64,000 bases of DNA, taken from the human T2T-CHM13v2.0 reference genome, Homo sapiens. The first letter of the stretch is position 1. Every line of letters starts with the position of its first letter. Positions 42,917 to 61,722 of this stretch are shown piece by piece. The position numbers were made by a program, and so were the translations under genes. The notes beneath the pieces were generated by a model, which saw only the letters and a program-made list of their open reading frames with translations, ran no database searches and had not been told where the DNA came from. The stretch is taken from assembly GCF_009914755.1 (NCBI RefSeq), contig NC_060927.1; one strand, written 5' to 3'.

Positions 42917-44691
42917 CAGGTCTCCCACAGCTGTCTGACTCTTGTCTAAAGTAGAATGTTCATGTGTGGAAAGTGATTGTCTTTATCAAATAGTGGAAAA
43001 CTCACTGTGACTCTCCATCTTTCCAGAGAAGGAGTGCAGAAAAATAAAATTCACCATGCCTTCCTACTAGGTCAGGTGGGCTACCTTAGCTAGTCCCTAG
43101 ATTTCACCAGTGATAGATTCTATAATGCATCTGTCTTCAAAGATAGGATCATACTTACTCTTGGGTGTCCCATGTAACTCTCCTAGGACCTTAATTACGA
43201 GAACATTTTCATATTTGTTCACTTCTGCCAATAACATTCTATTCAGATTGTCATTTGGAATTACCCAGGCCTGAACTTTCAGAAAATATATTCCCTCCAA
43301 AATAAGGTAAAGCCAGCTGTGTACATAAGAGAAGGAAATTAACATTTATTGAGCCCATACTATGTGCTAGGGTCATTCATACATTAACGCTTAACAGTTA
43401 ACAGTTGTAAATAGTACTAAATATCCCCCTCATTTAACAGCTGAAAACCTGAGGTTTAGAGAAACTTCATAATTCCCAAATGCCCTTAGCTTCAAAGTAG
43501 ATAAGTTGGGTATCAAACTAGATCTGAATCCTTGCCCCAACCTACGTACTTCCCTAAGTTCCTCTAAAGAATGCTCCTTTTCATAATATGTAAAATTGGA
43601 AAACGTTAATTGACACATGGACGGGTTATACCATTGATAAAAGGATTATTCTGAGATATTTAAATCATTCAGAAGGGCAAAATTGCATAATTTTTCTACA
43701 GTACTTAAACATATTAGACATGTTATTAGAATGTATAATATATTCCACATCATATTTTTAAACTTCACATATGTTATTACATACTAAGTGCCTATTATGA
43801 GACAGTACTGTATTGGTGCGTGTTTTAAATAATGTTTCATTGAATTTCTCTGATAGGAGAGGTGTGATGCCTATTTTAAAGATGAAGACTCAATGCATAT
43901 AACTTTGTCACAATTCCAGATACAGAGTGGTTGAGCCAGGACCCATGCTCAAGTTGCTGAAGTTCAGGCTCGATTCATTATATTGTTTATCATCCCATTA
44001 TAAGAATATACATCCGTCTACACTTGGAGAGACTAACAAAAAGATATATTAGCATTAAATAACCTATTTGTTTTTCTAGTAACTAGTGCCATTGATATTC
44101 AAGGTAATATGATTAAAATAAGACATTAAAACTGCTTTGAAAATAATAAATGATGGTGTAAATGTTAGCTGCATTTTAATCTTATATCTAAGGAATTAAA
44201 TGGAACTAACTACTATTTGAAAAGTCAGTGCAGTATATTTGGCTGTATAAACATTATACTTTCACAGTGGGAAATATTTCAGTTAAACACTGAATATATA
44301 TTTCTTATGTAGGCTTCTTCACTAAAACCTTCTTAAAAATACTCTGTATTTTTACATGAAGCCAGAAAACTGGGGCTCATTTTTTTTCTTAGCACTCTAT
44401 CATCACCTGTTCATCCTCATTCTAATCAAATTTCTTTTTATCCTAATTCTGCTTCTCATATTTTTTCCTGATAAATGATTTTCACATGCACAAATATTCA
44501 CTGGAAAATTAATACCTAGGCACATGACTCCAAAAGCAGATCTCATTCTCAAGTTATTTGTCTTATCCATTTTTATTGTCTGTCTCTGGGAAAGGTTTTA
44601 CCCTGTAATGATCAAGCCTCTAAATGAGAGAAAAGATCTTCAATTGGGTATATAGATGCATGCGCATGCACACAAATACACAGAGGCAGAC

Positions 44692-44692
<1 letters not shown>

Positions 44693-44734
<42 letters not shown>

Positions 44735-44742
44735 GCACACAC
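44693..44742. repeat. (CA)n microsatellite
   Basis: About 19 uninterrupted AC units plus a short extension. Confidence 0.95.
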
Positions 44743-45119
44743 ACTATGGGCTATTTTATCCCTTTTTTTTTTTTGAAGAGAGAACACAGGATTTGCTTAT
44801 CAGAAAAGAAATCGAAGGACTACAAAATATTTGTCAAAAATAGAAAGCCGCTAAGAGGTGGAAGTATTCATGATGCTTTGATGGGAGGCATTCATAAGTC
44901 AAAGGTCCAATAGTGTATTAGACCCAATAGTTGCAACAAAATTTGTTTGAGTAAACCTAATCATATAATCTCTATGCTACCAAGAAACAAGTAAGAGCCT
45001 TAATATCACAGAGGCTCAAAATAATGTTTTTACATTCTTTGAAAGACCACATATTATCAGAGAGCAAAAGCTATAGTCGCCAGAAAGTACAGTATTTGAT
45101 TAAAAAAAGAAAAATCTGG

Positions 45120-45403
45120 GGCTAGGCACAGTGGCTCATGCCTGTATCTCCAACACTTTGGGAGGCCAAGGTGGGAGGACTGCTTGAGCCCAGCCTGGGC
45201 GACATGGTGAAACCCAATCTCTCCATCTCTACAAAAGACACAAACAATTAGCCAGATGTTGTGGCACAAGCCTGTAGTTCCAGCTACTTGGGAGGCTGAA
45301 GTGGGTAGATCACTTGAACCCAGAAAGTGGACGCTGCAGTGATCTCTCCACTGCACTCCAGCTTAGGCAACTGAGCAAGACCCTGTCTCAGGGGGGGAAA
45401 AAA
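45120..45403 (+). mobile_element. Alu (AluJ-like), sense
   Basis: ggctaggcacagtggctcatgcctgt...gaggactgcttgagcccag...gaccctgtctc. Confidence 0.88.
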
Positions 45404-47215
45404 GTACTTTTGGATGCTGTCAGCAACTCAATTTGGACTATTTTGGAGTTAATAATCAAAATAAAATTTTAAGATCTCCCAAAAATATCTTTCTTTTGAT
45501 TCTACTTTCTCAGGTAGGCCATAATAATTTTAGCTTCAATTAGCAGTTTAAATTCACGGCTTGATTCACATAACATCTGAGAGGCTCACTTGCACAGAGA
45601 TAGCAGTTTTGGACAGCTCTGTGTAATTCTTTGAATTCTCATCAGTAAGGAAGCCACATTTTTTAGTTAAATAAGATGGGGTTACTGCTTGAAAACTGAT
45701 TCACAACCCTCCCTGGAATGACTTATTAAGGAAATGGAATATTTCTGTTACAAAAAGGTTTATATCTAAGCATTAGAGTCATTCCTTGTATGCTAAACCT
45801 TTTCTAAAAACCAAGTTTGCTCTGAAATTTTGGGCTTCTACATTGTTGGTAATCACTAAATTTCTTTTTCTTAGCTTGATTATAATTGTCTACGAATATC
45901 CTTAAAATAGTCTTTAATTGAAAGCAAATAGTCATAACCTATTGTTGAATCTGATTCCAAGAAGAAGGACTATTTGAAATATTTGTAGGTTTATTTACCA
46001 CAAATATTTTAAGTTACTACAAAAAGTAGTAATCTTTTTATAACATTTCTTAATTTAGAGAGCTTTTTGTTTAAATCTAATAGCAGCATACAAGCTGTGT
46101 AAAAGATGATGGGTTTTTGGTCACAATGGAAACACCACCACATAAACAACAGATCCATCTGCCCCCATGTTCCTAACTGATGAATCTGTTTACAGAGAAA
46201 TGTCATTAAAAGATTGCCTGTAGTGGCTTTGTTACTTTTCTGTTAATTTGAGTTTAACCTTTCTTGAATGTAATAAAATAAACTCATTAAAATATCAAAT
46301 ATGTACTTCACAGTTATCACCACAGCACTTAACTATATGTTTTGTTGTCCTGATAACAATAGTAATGTATGTAATCAGTGTTCATTTCAAACGTTTACAT
46401 TGATTGAGGAATATAGTTGATTTCATGAAGTTTCTATAGCGTTGATGGAGTGAACTTTACATTGGTCTCTTCAGCATCGTTGCCCAGTAGTACCTGGCAT
46501 TGCACCAAAGAAAACCCAGTGCAGGGGCGGGGCAGCTTTTGTTGGTTCAGCTTCATCATTCCTCACTCTTATTATTGGATATCGCATATGAATGCTTGTA
46601 TAAGTTGTGAATGGGAAATCTGCTTCTCAGTTTCTCCTTTAAAAGATTTTTCCAAGCTTTTGATCCAATGGGGAAATCCTGTGGTTGGGAGCAAAATCAA
46701 GTGGGCTTTACCAAAATAATTTGCATTCCATTTTAAAAATTAAAGTCCAGAATGGAGCAGCTGAGGTTTGGAAACTTGGATGAGTATGGGGAGCGGTTCA
46801 GTTATGATTTGGGTCTCCAAATCAGCTTGAATTTCCAGATTTAAACCACATGTATTTATAATAGCAATTAACTGAGCATTTGCTGAAAGATGCCTTTGTG
46901 TAATGACGCATGTGACTAACTATCAGCACCAATCAAAACAGTTGGTTTTATCCCTGGTTCACATTTTCTTCTTAGAGAAGAAAATTTTCTTCTCTCCGTT
47001 TCCCTCCCAGGGCTTCTACAAAAGTGGGAAGTTTGTGTTCAGTTTTAAGGTGAGTCCCATGCGGGCAGGGATGGCTCTCTGGACTTTGGAGGCAGCAGCT
47101 TCTTAGAGGAAGCTACCACAGTGTAAGTCTTTTCCCTCCATCCCTGTTTGTGCAGGTACCAGAAGATGCCTCCTTAAGTTAAAAGCTTTTGCAAAAAGCA
47201 TCCTGTTGTTTCTTT

Positions 47216-47750
47216 GATGATCCATTTGTTGCATTAGTTGCCCTAATTCTTTACCCTTACTTATATCCATATCCTTTGCCATGTGACTTTGCAGCTCCTC
47301 CCACAAAAGTGCCAGAGCATCATTTCCCATCTCTTGATCCTACATTGGGCCATATGATTTGCTTTGGCCAAGAAAATCATATGGAAGTGACAGTCCACTA
47401 GTTCTGAGCCTCAGCCTGAAACTGCCTACTGTGTTTCCTCTTGCCCTTTTGTATTTGTCACTGCCATGAGAAAAACAGAAGCAAATAACCCTGCTAATGC
47501 CAAGAGGAGGTTGAGAGACACAGAGAGCAGATCTGTACCACATAAGGTGCCTCATTCAAGGCCAGCCTGGAGCAGAGCTCCTAGCCAATCCACAGGTACA
47601 TGAGCAAGTCCAGCCAATGTCACTAAAGCCCAATCTGTACCAGCTGTCTCTCAGACAATCCACAGACATGTGGGCCACAATAATAAATAATTGTCGTTTT
47701 TAAGCCATTGCACTTTTACATTGTTATCATGCAACAATAACTAACTAGTA
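47216..47750. mobile_element. MLT1 (G/H-like) MaLR LTR
   Basis: ctttgccatgtgactttgcagctcctccca..., gatttgctttggccaa, ends ttttaagccattg...gcaacaataactaactagtaca. Confidence 0.65.
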
Positions 47751-48982
47751 CACCTTTTCACAGGCAGCTGAGTTCCTGATTGACTTATTGGTTATGGTAA
47801 TATCAAGAACAGTCATTCCATAAAAATTCAGAGACATTTTATTAAAACTCCACTGATAAGTCTTTTGTGCTATCAAAATGCTTCCTTCCTCCTTGAGCTT
47901 TCTGGGACCAACATTCACGACCCAAAACCCTCAACGTATAGAAATATGCTATTGAATATACTTTAGTATCAATAAATAAAAATCTATTGTAGTAATGCCA
48001 GGTAGCAATTTAGAGATCATTGTTAAGTATACAAATCACACACAAGTCTCTTGACAGACCGGGCATGTGATGTGTTTTGCCTGGGCTGGGCCACATTTGC
48101 CCGTTTTCATTGTTCCAAAAGTTCATCGTTCAAGATAGGTTCGTACAATTGCTCTTTCTTTGTGCCCACATAATTACATGCCAGTACCTTTCCTCAAATT
48201 AGAAATTATATTCAGGCAAGGGATTCTGCTGACACCACATTCCTCACCAAATGTCAGAGTCTCTTAAAAAATACTGTAAGCTCAAAAGGCCTAATTAGGT
48301 TTTCAGTAATTCATGTCATTGGTCATTAGGACAATCATACAAATCAGCAAGCACTCAGGTGTCCAGACACTAAATGGAGACACGAATCTAAAAGATCACC
48401 GGCAACAGCCCTAAAAGAAATCAAAAAAGTTTTCTCACTGCTTTCATTAACCTTTTCCTTACGTTTTCACATTTCAGGCACTTATTCTCTAGACCTATAA
48501 AACTGCTCAGCAACAAGGTTCGGGGAAAGGAGGTGGAAATAATATGGATTGTCTATTTAAATGACATGTACTTGGGAAGTAGTTATTAAACATACTTACA
48601 GATGCATACATCCTCACCCATTTTGCTGCAAGCTTTCGGATTCTGACTGTCCACCATATCCTGGATGAAGCAACAGTAACAACGATGAGAGGGGAGACAG
48701 GCGTACTTTGTTCTTATGTTCCCAAAGGGCACAGGGCATTCTTGAGGGACAGATGAACTTAATGATTTAATAGAAATACCATGACCTTTAGAAATAAGCA
48801 GACTCTGATTGGACTTCTAAATGAATACTATGGATCTACAACTTATTAGAAGTGAGGCCTTGAGCATAATACCTAAACCCCTGAGCCTCAATTACATGAT
48901 CTGTAGGATGGCAGCAATATTAATTGTATCAGAGCTTGTTGCTCTTTAAAGGATAAAATGCACACATTAAAGAGAAAATGGG

Positions 48983-49266
48983 GGCTGGGCATGGTGGCTC
49001 ATACCTGCAATCCCAGTATTTTGGGAGGCCGAGGTGGCAGGATTTCTTGATGCCAGGTGTTGAAGACCAGCCTGAGAAACACAGCTAGACACTGTATCTA
49101 CCCAAAAAAAAAAAACAAACAAAAAACAGGTATCATGGTGTACATCTGCAATCCCAGCAACTCAGAAGGCTGAGGCAGGAGCATCACTTGAGCCTAGGAT
49201 TTTGAGGCTGCAGTGAACTATGATCACACCAATGTACTCCAACCTGGGCAACAGAGCAAAACCTTA
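48983..49266 (+). mobile_element. Alu (AluJ-like) with its 3' end interrupted by a THE1 LTR
   Basis: Alu body ends agagcaaaacctta; an A-rich tail resumes after 49626. Confidence 0.85.
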
Positions 49267-49626
49267 TTATATAGTTCGACTGTGTTGCTACCCAAATCTC
49301 ACCTTGAATTGTAACAATTAATCCTCAATGTGTCAAGGGCAGGGCCAGGTGGAGATAATTGAATCATGAGGGCAGTTTTCCCCATACTCTTCCATGGTAG
49401 TAAATGAGCCTCACGAGATCTGATGGTTTTATAGATGGGAGTTCCCCTGTGCAAGCTCTCTTGCCTGCTGCCATGTAAGACATGCCTTTGCTTCTCCTTT
49501 GCCTTCCGCCATGATTGTGAGGCCTCCCCAGCCATGTGGAACTGGAAGCCCGTTCAGCCTATTTCCTTTATAAATCACCCAGTCTCAGGTATGTCTTCAT
49601 GAGCAGCATGAGAAGAGACTAATACA
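49267..49626 (+). mobile_element. THE1-type (MaLR) solo LTR
   Basis: cccaaatctcaccttgaattgtaa, cacgagatctgatggtttta, ccatgattgtgaggcctccccagccatgtggaactg, ends gactaataca; ~360 bp. Confidence 0.88.
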
Positions 49627-50035
49627 CACTGTTAAAATTATAAAAAACGGAAATGACTGTGGGACCCACTATTAAGTACAGATTAGATTACTGCATAGCA
49701 GAGAAACCCAATTCAACAGAAAGGATAATGTTCCAAATTAGAGACAGTAAACAAAAAAAATTGTTGTCTGTTTGTTTGTTTGTTTTTTAATGACAGTCAT
49801 AAGCAGTATCTTTTCCCATCTTGGGAAAGCAGTTTCTGAGAGCTGCTTACTTGCTGGTGGTATTTGGTCTAATAGATTAATCTTTATGCAAATACTGGCC
49901 TAGCTGTTTCTAGTCACTCCTGGAAATTATCTCCACATATATGAAGCATTTCTCATTTTAGCTAAAGTCAAATCTGTGCTTCTGTCAGCAGGGTAGATTG
50001 CAATGTCAAAATTTATCATAGGCTAAAGATCACAG

Positions 50036-50703
50036 TGATACAGAATGGTTGGACTCCTGGCTAAACACTACCCTTAATCCTGGAACTGCAGCCCTACGTG
50101 AAAATAGCTGACCTCATTTTTCCACCCAAATGTTGCTTTTTTGGCCTGCCACACCCCTAGCCTGTGCCCATAAAAAGACTTCAGCTAGCAGAGTAATACA
50201 AGCAGCTTACAGGCAGGGATACAAGCTGCTGAGCATCGGGGATACAAGCTGCAGAGTGGTGAGCAGAGAAGCAGCAACTGAGCATCAGAGACTATGGATA
50301 GACATGGCTACCTTCAGACAGTGAGGCTTCAGGGAAAGATCACCTTCTTCCCACACCATCCCCTTTCCAACTCCCCATTCCACTGAGAGCCACAACCATT
50401 GCCCAATAAATTCCTCTGCATACCCTACCCTTCATTCCATTCACATGACCTGATTCTTCCTGGATGAACAAGAACTCAGGTGCCAAGAGGGTGGGGGCTT
50501 GGCCACTGCTGCAGGGCTCACACAGAGCCTGCTCCCACCAGAGAGGAGCGACCAGCAGATTCCTGCATACATTCCCTCTGGTTCCCACACTTGCTGTGCA
50601 ATTGCATGCTCCCTCTCTCAAGGAGTGGCAAGTGGCAGGCTGAGTAAAACAAGCCATCCAAGTTCCCACCCACAAAGGGTGTCAAGGGAACTATCCTGTC
50701 TCA
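50036..50703 (+). mobile_element. ERV1 solo LTR (LTR1/LTR27/LTR28-like group)
   Basis: TG...CA termini (tgatacag...ctgtctca), 4-bp TSD ACAG at 50032-50035 and 50704-50707, internal cataaaaa and caataaa. Confidence 0.8.
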
Positions 50704-52587
50704 ACAGTTACCTCCTACACAGCAGGCACTCAATGTATATGAGTACATCTTACTTATCCTTGTCTACAGCAGTTAAATAATGTGGACACAGGTGGCTCAG
50801 TACAGCTAAGATTGACAGTGTGACATTTAGGTGACATCACCTCTTTCAATTTTCAATTCAGTTTAGTTACTTGCTTTCTTTGTATCCTAGTCTATTTTGA
50901 CTATATAACCTGGCATGCTATGTTGGGAGAAAAAAATTAAATAATTTAATGAAAGAGCTTTAAAGATCCTCACCGATCAGAGATTTAGAGGGCATCATCA
51001 AACAAGAATCTTCGTACCTCCCACTATTTTCCCTTCTCCTTCCTTATGCTTCAAGTTGAGAGAATCAAAGCTGCAGATGCAAAGCAAGCACTGGGAGGGA
51101 ATGGAGAAAAAGAGCAGTCAGATCTCACTTCTGTCTCCAAGCCTTAGTTATAAGAAATAAAAAAAAGAAAAGCCACACCTTACAATGAAGATTGGATTGT
51201 TGATTAATAGCTCAGACACCCTTATTGAGTTGAGTCCATGTTTTGTGATTTTAAGTGACTATAAAACTGTTTATTATCTATGAGTGGGCTAGAAACTTAT
51301 GAATTCTGCCCCAGTTCCCATCCAGGGGCAGGGAACTTAAAAATAAGGCCCTTTTTGCTTAGGGATCTGCTTCTTTAGATTGAAAGTCATTGAGTGAACA
51401 ATACAGCAACAAATTTAACAATTGCTAATTTTTGCCACATTATTACTTTTATGCCTACGCTTAACAAAGGAAAAATCACCTGCTATATGGAGCCATAAGT
51501 AACATCCGTTAGAATGCCAAAAGAAATTAGGCAATTGTGGAGAAGAACTGTTAGTGGTAATTTCTTTCTTACCTTTCCTCCTGTTTTTCTTCTCTTATGC
51601 AAGTCTTACACACAAACCAAGTAGTGGATGGCACAAATTATCCAATCGCCATTACAACTAATGAGATGAGCTTTCTATCAGCTTTCTATTGTATTCAATT
51701 ACTATTTTGTAAACAAATCCATCTTCCATTGTGTCCTGGTACAAAACTTAGTAAACGGCCTTATAGAGTCCTTTTAATTATTGCCAGTGATAGTGGATTT
51801 AAAGGATTTGAGGTCATCTATCTAAATTAATGCATGGGCTGATTACAAAGTACGTCGCAATGCAATTTGTTTCTTAAAGGATCTTTTCTGAAATTAAAAT
51901 AACACATGATTAGACTATCATTTCCTTGAAATTCCTCTGCATCCCAGCCAGCTTATAATTAATATGCAAGGATAATCATTCCAAATGCAACTTTTAATAC
52001 CACTGACATGTTCCTCCCTTAGAAGCTAGCAATTTCTAATCCCTTTATTATTAATTTGATTAATGCAAACTACTATATGTGGCTGTGAAGGAACAGAGGC
52101 AAATCAAAGTTAGCACACTAACTCATTTAAATTTAAATTGCTGAGAAATGATATGCTCTTTAGCCTGTGATCTCAAGCAAAAGAAAAAAATATCTCTCGT
52201 ACCAAATAATAGATTTTTTTCATATATGAAGAATCCAAAGCAATACTTCAAGTTCAAAATGACTCTGAATTCTGGAATGACATATTCATATTCTCTGTGG
52301 ATTTAAGGAGGAAAAAGAAAATTCAGAACACACCTGAATGACAGTAAAGTAACTCCAAAAGCAACTTGGTTAAACAAGAACTCATGTGCTGAATGAGAGG
52401 GTCATCCAGGCTACAAACAACACCTTAGAGAAATATAACCAAGATAATTTTATAAACCTCATCTAAATTTCATTTTCCATGCTAGTGTCCTTTTTGCATT
52501 TCACTGATCATCATTTTAGGCAGTTTTTCTTGTTCACCTTGAAGAATACATGATATTCTATAGACGGTAGCTTCATCTGCGTTTAGG

Positions 52588-52590
<3 letters not shown>

Positions 52591-52637
<47 letters not shown>
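52591..52637. repeat. (TG)n microsatellite at an Alu tail
   Basis: About 23 TG units, then (GTT)n and poly-T. Confidence 0.95.
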
Positions 52638-52638
<1 letters not shown>

Positions 52639-52650
52639 GTTGTTGTTGTT

Positions 52651-52972
52651 GTTTTTCTTTTTTTTTTTTTTGAGATGGAGTCTCATTTTGTCACCCGGGC
52701 TGGAGTGCAGTCGCACCATCTCGGCTCACAGCATCCTCTGCCTCCTGGGTTCAAGAGATTCTTCTGCCTCAGCCTCCCAAGTAGCTGGGATTACAGGCAT
52801 GCACCAGGACACCCGCACCGGGCTAATTTTTTTGTTTGTTTCTTTGTATTTTTAATAGAAACAGGGTTTCACATGTTGGCCAGGCTGGTCTCGAACTCCT
52901 GACCTCAGGTAATCCACCTGCCTCAGCCTCCCAAAGTGCTGGGATTACGGGCGTGAGCCACCGTGCTCAGCC
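52651..52972 (-). mobile_element. Alu (AluS-type), antisense
   Basis: gagatggagtctc...caaagtgctgggattac...cagcc. Confidence 0.92.
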
Positions 52973-53584
52973 TGTATTTAGATTTTAAAGTATAATGCAC
53001 ACCTATAAACACACACACAATCTATTCATGTAAATAAGGAATGTGAAGCTCAGAAAAGTACTTTCTGAAGAGTCTGTATTCCACAGTATGAAAAAATATT
53101 TTTTATTTCAACGTTGTTGACTTACTTGCAATAGCCCATTCACCTAAAATGCCTTTGTTTTTCCCTGTAATTATCCAAATACTTCTCTTTTTTTTTTTTT
53201 TCCCCAAAAAGTAGTTTATTCAGGAATAGCAAGGGATTGCAATCTGGGACATATGCATGCTATGGTGAACCATAGACACATCCAAAGGGGTTGGGGAAAG
53301 GGGGAAGCTTTTAAAGATAAAAAGGAGAAATTCATGTAAGCCATTTTCTTTTTTTTTTTTTCTTTTTTTTTTTTTTTTATTATACTCTAAGTTTTAGGGT
53401 ACATGTGCACATTGTGCAGGTTAGTTACATATGTATACATGTGCCATGCTGGTGCGCTGCACCCACTAATGTGTCATCTAGCATTAGGTATATCTCCCAA
53501 TGCTATCCCTCCCCTCTCCCCCCGACCCCACCACAGTCCCCAGAGTGTGATGTTCCCCTTCCTGTGTCCATGTGATCTCATTGT

Positions 53585-56373
<2,789 letters not shown>

Positions 56374-56412
56374 AGACCATCGAGACTAGGAAGAAACTGC
56401 ATCAACTAATGA

Positions 56413-58227
<1,815 letters not shown>

Positions 58228-58314
58228 GACTAAAATTCAGCTGAATAAAGTTGTGATCGTTATTTTATTTTCTAATGACCTCCATGCACCTATACTTAGA
58301 AATATCTGGTTCAT

Positions 58315-58715
<401 letters not shown>

Positions 58716-59395
58716 TCACAGAACACATAGTAATTGAGGAGACCATGTAACTCAACAATCTACTTATTACGCTAAAGAATTTTTTCCCCATGCTTATGAT
58801 GTTTAAGCAAATTGTTTTTATAACTACCATATTTCAGCAATGCTAAGGTCTGCCTTTTTCTTTCTCATATTTTACCTTCTCTATAACTGAGACGCAAGTT
58901 ATGCTGACGAACCCTTACTTTGCCTGGCAGCAATCATAATATAGTTATCATTTTGTTAAAAAAAAAAAAAAAACAACAAAAGCTCCAGCATCGAAACTTG
59001 CAAAATTAAGTTTCAGAATGTTGGAGGAAAATTAAGGACACTCTTTTAATCTATAAGATACAAATGTTGTGGGTGGAGATGAGAAGGGCATGGATCAAGC
59101 TGGTTGAGCAAGTTCCAAATGAAATTCTAAGGTAGAATCTCTCGAAATCATTGTAAAATTGACTTAAGAGCCCAGCACCCATGGTCTTTAGTTATAGGTT
59201 GGCCCTTAATTGGACAAAGAAAAATGTGTGGAGAAGCGTAGACCTTGGTGACTGTCAACTGAAAAGCAATGTGGAAGAGTCATATTCAGAATTGTGAGAA
59301 ATTCTAGGAATTGTTAATCAACATAGTTTACTAATATTGTTGATTTGTATGGCAAGAGTAATATATATAATTAAAAACTAGTGTCTAAATAATAC

Positions 59396-60175
59396 TGAAA
59401 CGGGAGAGTTCCCTGATTCTCCTAGCAGGACGTGCGACAGGGGTGTGGCTCGCCTGTTCAGTCGCCCAGCAGCTCAAACCCCTAGGGAGAGCATGCAGAC
59501 TGGCAGGTGCAGAGGCCTGGCCAGGATTTCGGCTCCAGCTCCGTGGTAGTGTCTAGGGGTGGGTGCCTGCAACCCCAGTGTTACAAAGCTCTTTCAGCTT
59601 TGCTGTCCACAGGTGGCTTGAGCGTTAACCAGCTCAATGGTCCCTCTGCCTTTTCGCAAGAGCAGAGGGCCAGTGTGACAGTTTTCTGTATCCTGTGCTC
59701 TTGTCCAGTGTCCCAGAAAAATCGGGTCACACACAGACTCGAAGGATGAATGTGAGGTTTTATTGAATGGTGGAGGTGGCTTTCAGCAGGATGGACGGGG
59801 AGCCAGAATGGGTGGATGGAGTGGGAAGGTGACCCTCTCCTGGAGTTGGGCTGCCCAGCGGCCGGATTCCTCTCTGACCACCCCTAGCTGAAATCCTCTC
59901 AGTGTTCAGATGTTCCTCCTCTTCTCCCTTTCTCTGCCTCATTGTTCTGCTGTCCATCTGCTGGTCGGCTGGCTTGCTGGTCTGCTTCTGGAGCTTAGCG
60001 TTTGGGGTTTATATGGATGCAGGAAAGGGGGCATGGTGGACCAAAAGGCAACTTTTTGGCATGAAAACAAGAATGCCAGTCCTCATTTAGGGCCACAGGT
60101 CTTCAGGCTTGAGGGTGGAGCCTTTGCCGGGAACTGCCCTCTTCTCCCCAGAATTTCCATCTCCTGTCTGTATCA
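59396..60175 (-). mobile_element. ERV1 solo LTR (LTR1-like), antisense
   Basis: TG...CA termini, TSD ATAC at 59392-59395 and 60176-60179; minus strand starts tgatacagacaggag...gaagagggcagttcccggcaaagg. Confidence 0.8.
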
Positions 60176-60394
60176 ATACCATCAGAGCTCTTTCAATAGG
60201 TAGAAAACAAAAATTCTAAGTGATAAATAAAAGAATGTGTTATAGCTTGATTTACAACATTTTTCTTTCCTACGGCATAAAACAATTGTGTCTTACAATT
60301 GGCATTCTGAGTCAATGAAATATAGTATATAAAAAATAAGCCAAGGATAAATCACAAAGAATGATTCACATTAGCTAGAAAAGTATAAGAAATA

Positions 60395-61722
60395 CAGTTG
60401 ACTCATGAACAGTGGGTGGATTAAGTGCACCAATCCCCACCATTGATGGAAAAAGTGAAACTCTGTAAAATATTTGAAGAGATGTATTCTGAACCAAATG
60501 TGAGGACTGTGACCTGTGACACAGCCCCAGGAGGTTCTGAGAACATGTGACCAAAGTGGTGAGGTTACAGCTTGGTTTCATTTGGTTTTATAGTTTTAGG
60601 GAGACATAAGACATCAATCAATACATGTAAGGTGTGCATTGGTTTGGTCCAGGAAGGTGGAACAACTTGAAACAAGGGAGGCTTATAGGTCATGAATGGA
60701 TTCACAGATTTTCTGATTGGCAGTTGGTTGAAAGAGTTAAGTCATTATCTAAAGAACTGGAATCAATAGAAAGGAATGTCTGGGATAAGATGAGGGACTA
60801 TGGAGGCCAAGGTTCTTATTAAGTAAATGAAGTCTCATTAGGGACTGCCTTTAGAGGCAATAGATGGCGAATGTTTCCTATTCCGACTTTCAATAGGTAC
60901 TAGATTTTCAGCTAACCTCTTCAGGATCAGTAAAAGACCTGAAAAGGAAGGGGATTTTCTTCAGAATGTAAATTTCTCCCACAAGAGACAGCTTTGCAGG
61001 GCCACTTCAAAATACATAAAAGAAATATATTTTGGGTTAAAATGTTTTATTTCTTTCAGGGCCTGCTATCTGTCCTGTGATGCTATACTAGAGTCAGTTT
61101 GGAATTTGGTATCTTATTGCTACAGTTTGTTTTGTCAGTCTAAAGATCTCTGTTTTAATGTTACTGTTGGTCAGCTGTGCCTGAATTCCAAAGGGAGGAG
61201 AGTATGAGGCATGTCCAACCCCACCTTCCCATAATGGCCTGAACTAGCTTTTCAGGTTTCTTTTGGACTCCCTTGGCTGAGAAAAGGGGTCCATTCCATC
61301 AGCTGGGGGGCTTAGAATTTTATTTTTAGTTTACACCGCACAGTCCAAAATCTACCAATAACTTTTGATTCCCCAAACACTTAACTACTAATGGCCTACT
61401 GTTGACTGCAAGCCTTACTGATAACATAAAGAGTTGATTAACACAGATTTTGTACACTATGTTTATTGTATACAGTATTCTGACAATAAATAAGATACAG
61501 AAAAGAAAGTATTATTATGAAAATAGTAAGAAAGAGAAAATATACTTACTATTTATTGAGTAGAAGTGGATCATGATATAAAGGTCCTCATCCTCGTCAT
61601 CTTCAGGTTGAGTAGGCAGAGAGTGATGAGGGTCTTGCTGTCTCAGGGGAGGCAGAGGCAGAGAAAGTCAGTGTGTAAGTGGACCCATGCAGTTCAAACT
61701 TGTATTTCTTGAGAGTCAACTG
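60395..61722. mobile_element. Tigger2a-type DNA transposon split by a MER4 LTR
   Basis: TIRs CAGTTGAC...GTCAACTG; internal ttaactactaatggcctactgttgact. Confidence 0.75.
60441..61335 (-). mobile_element. MER4-group ERV1 LTR nested in the Tigger element
   Basis: aaactctgtaaaatatttgaagaga...gggggcttagaattttatttttagtttaca; TSD ccac/ccgc. Confidence 0.78.
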
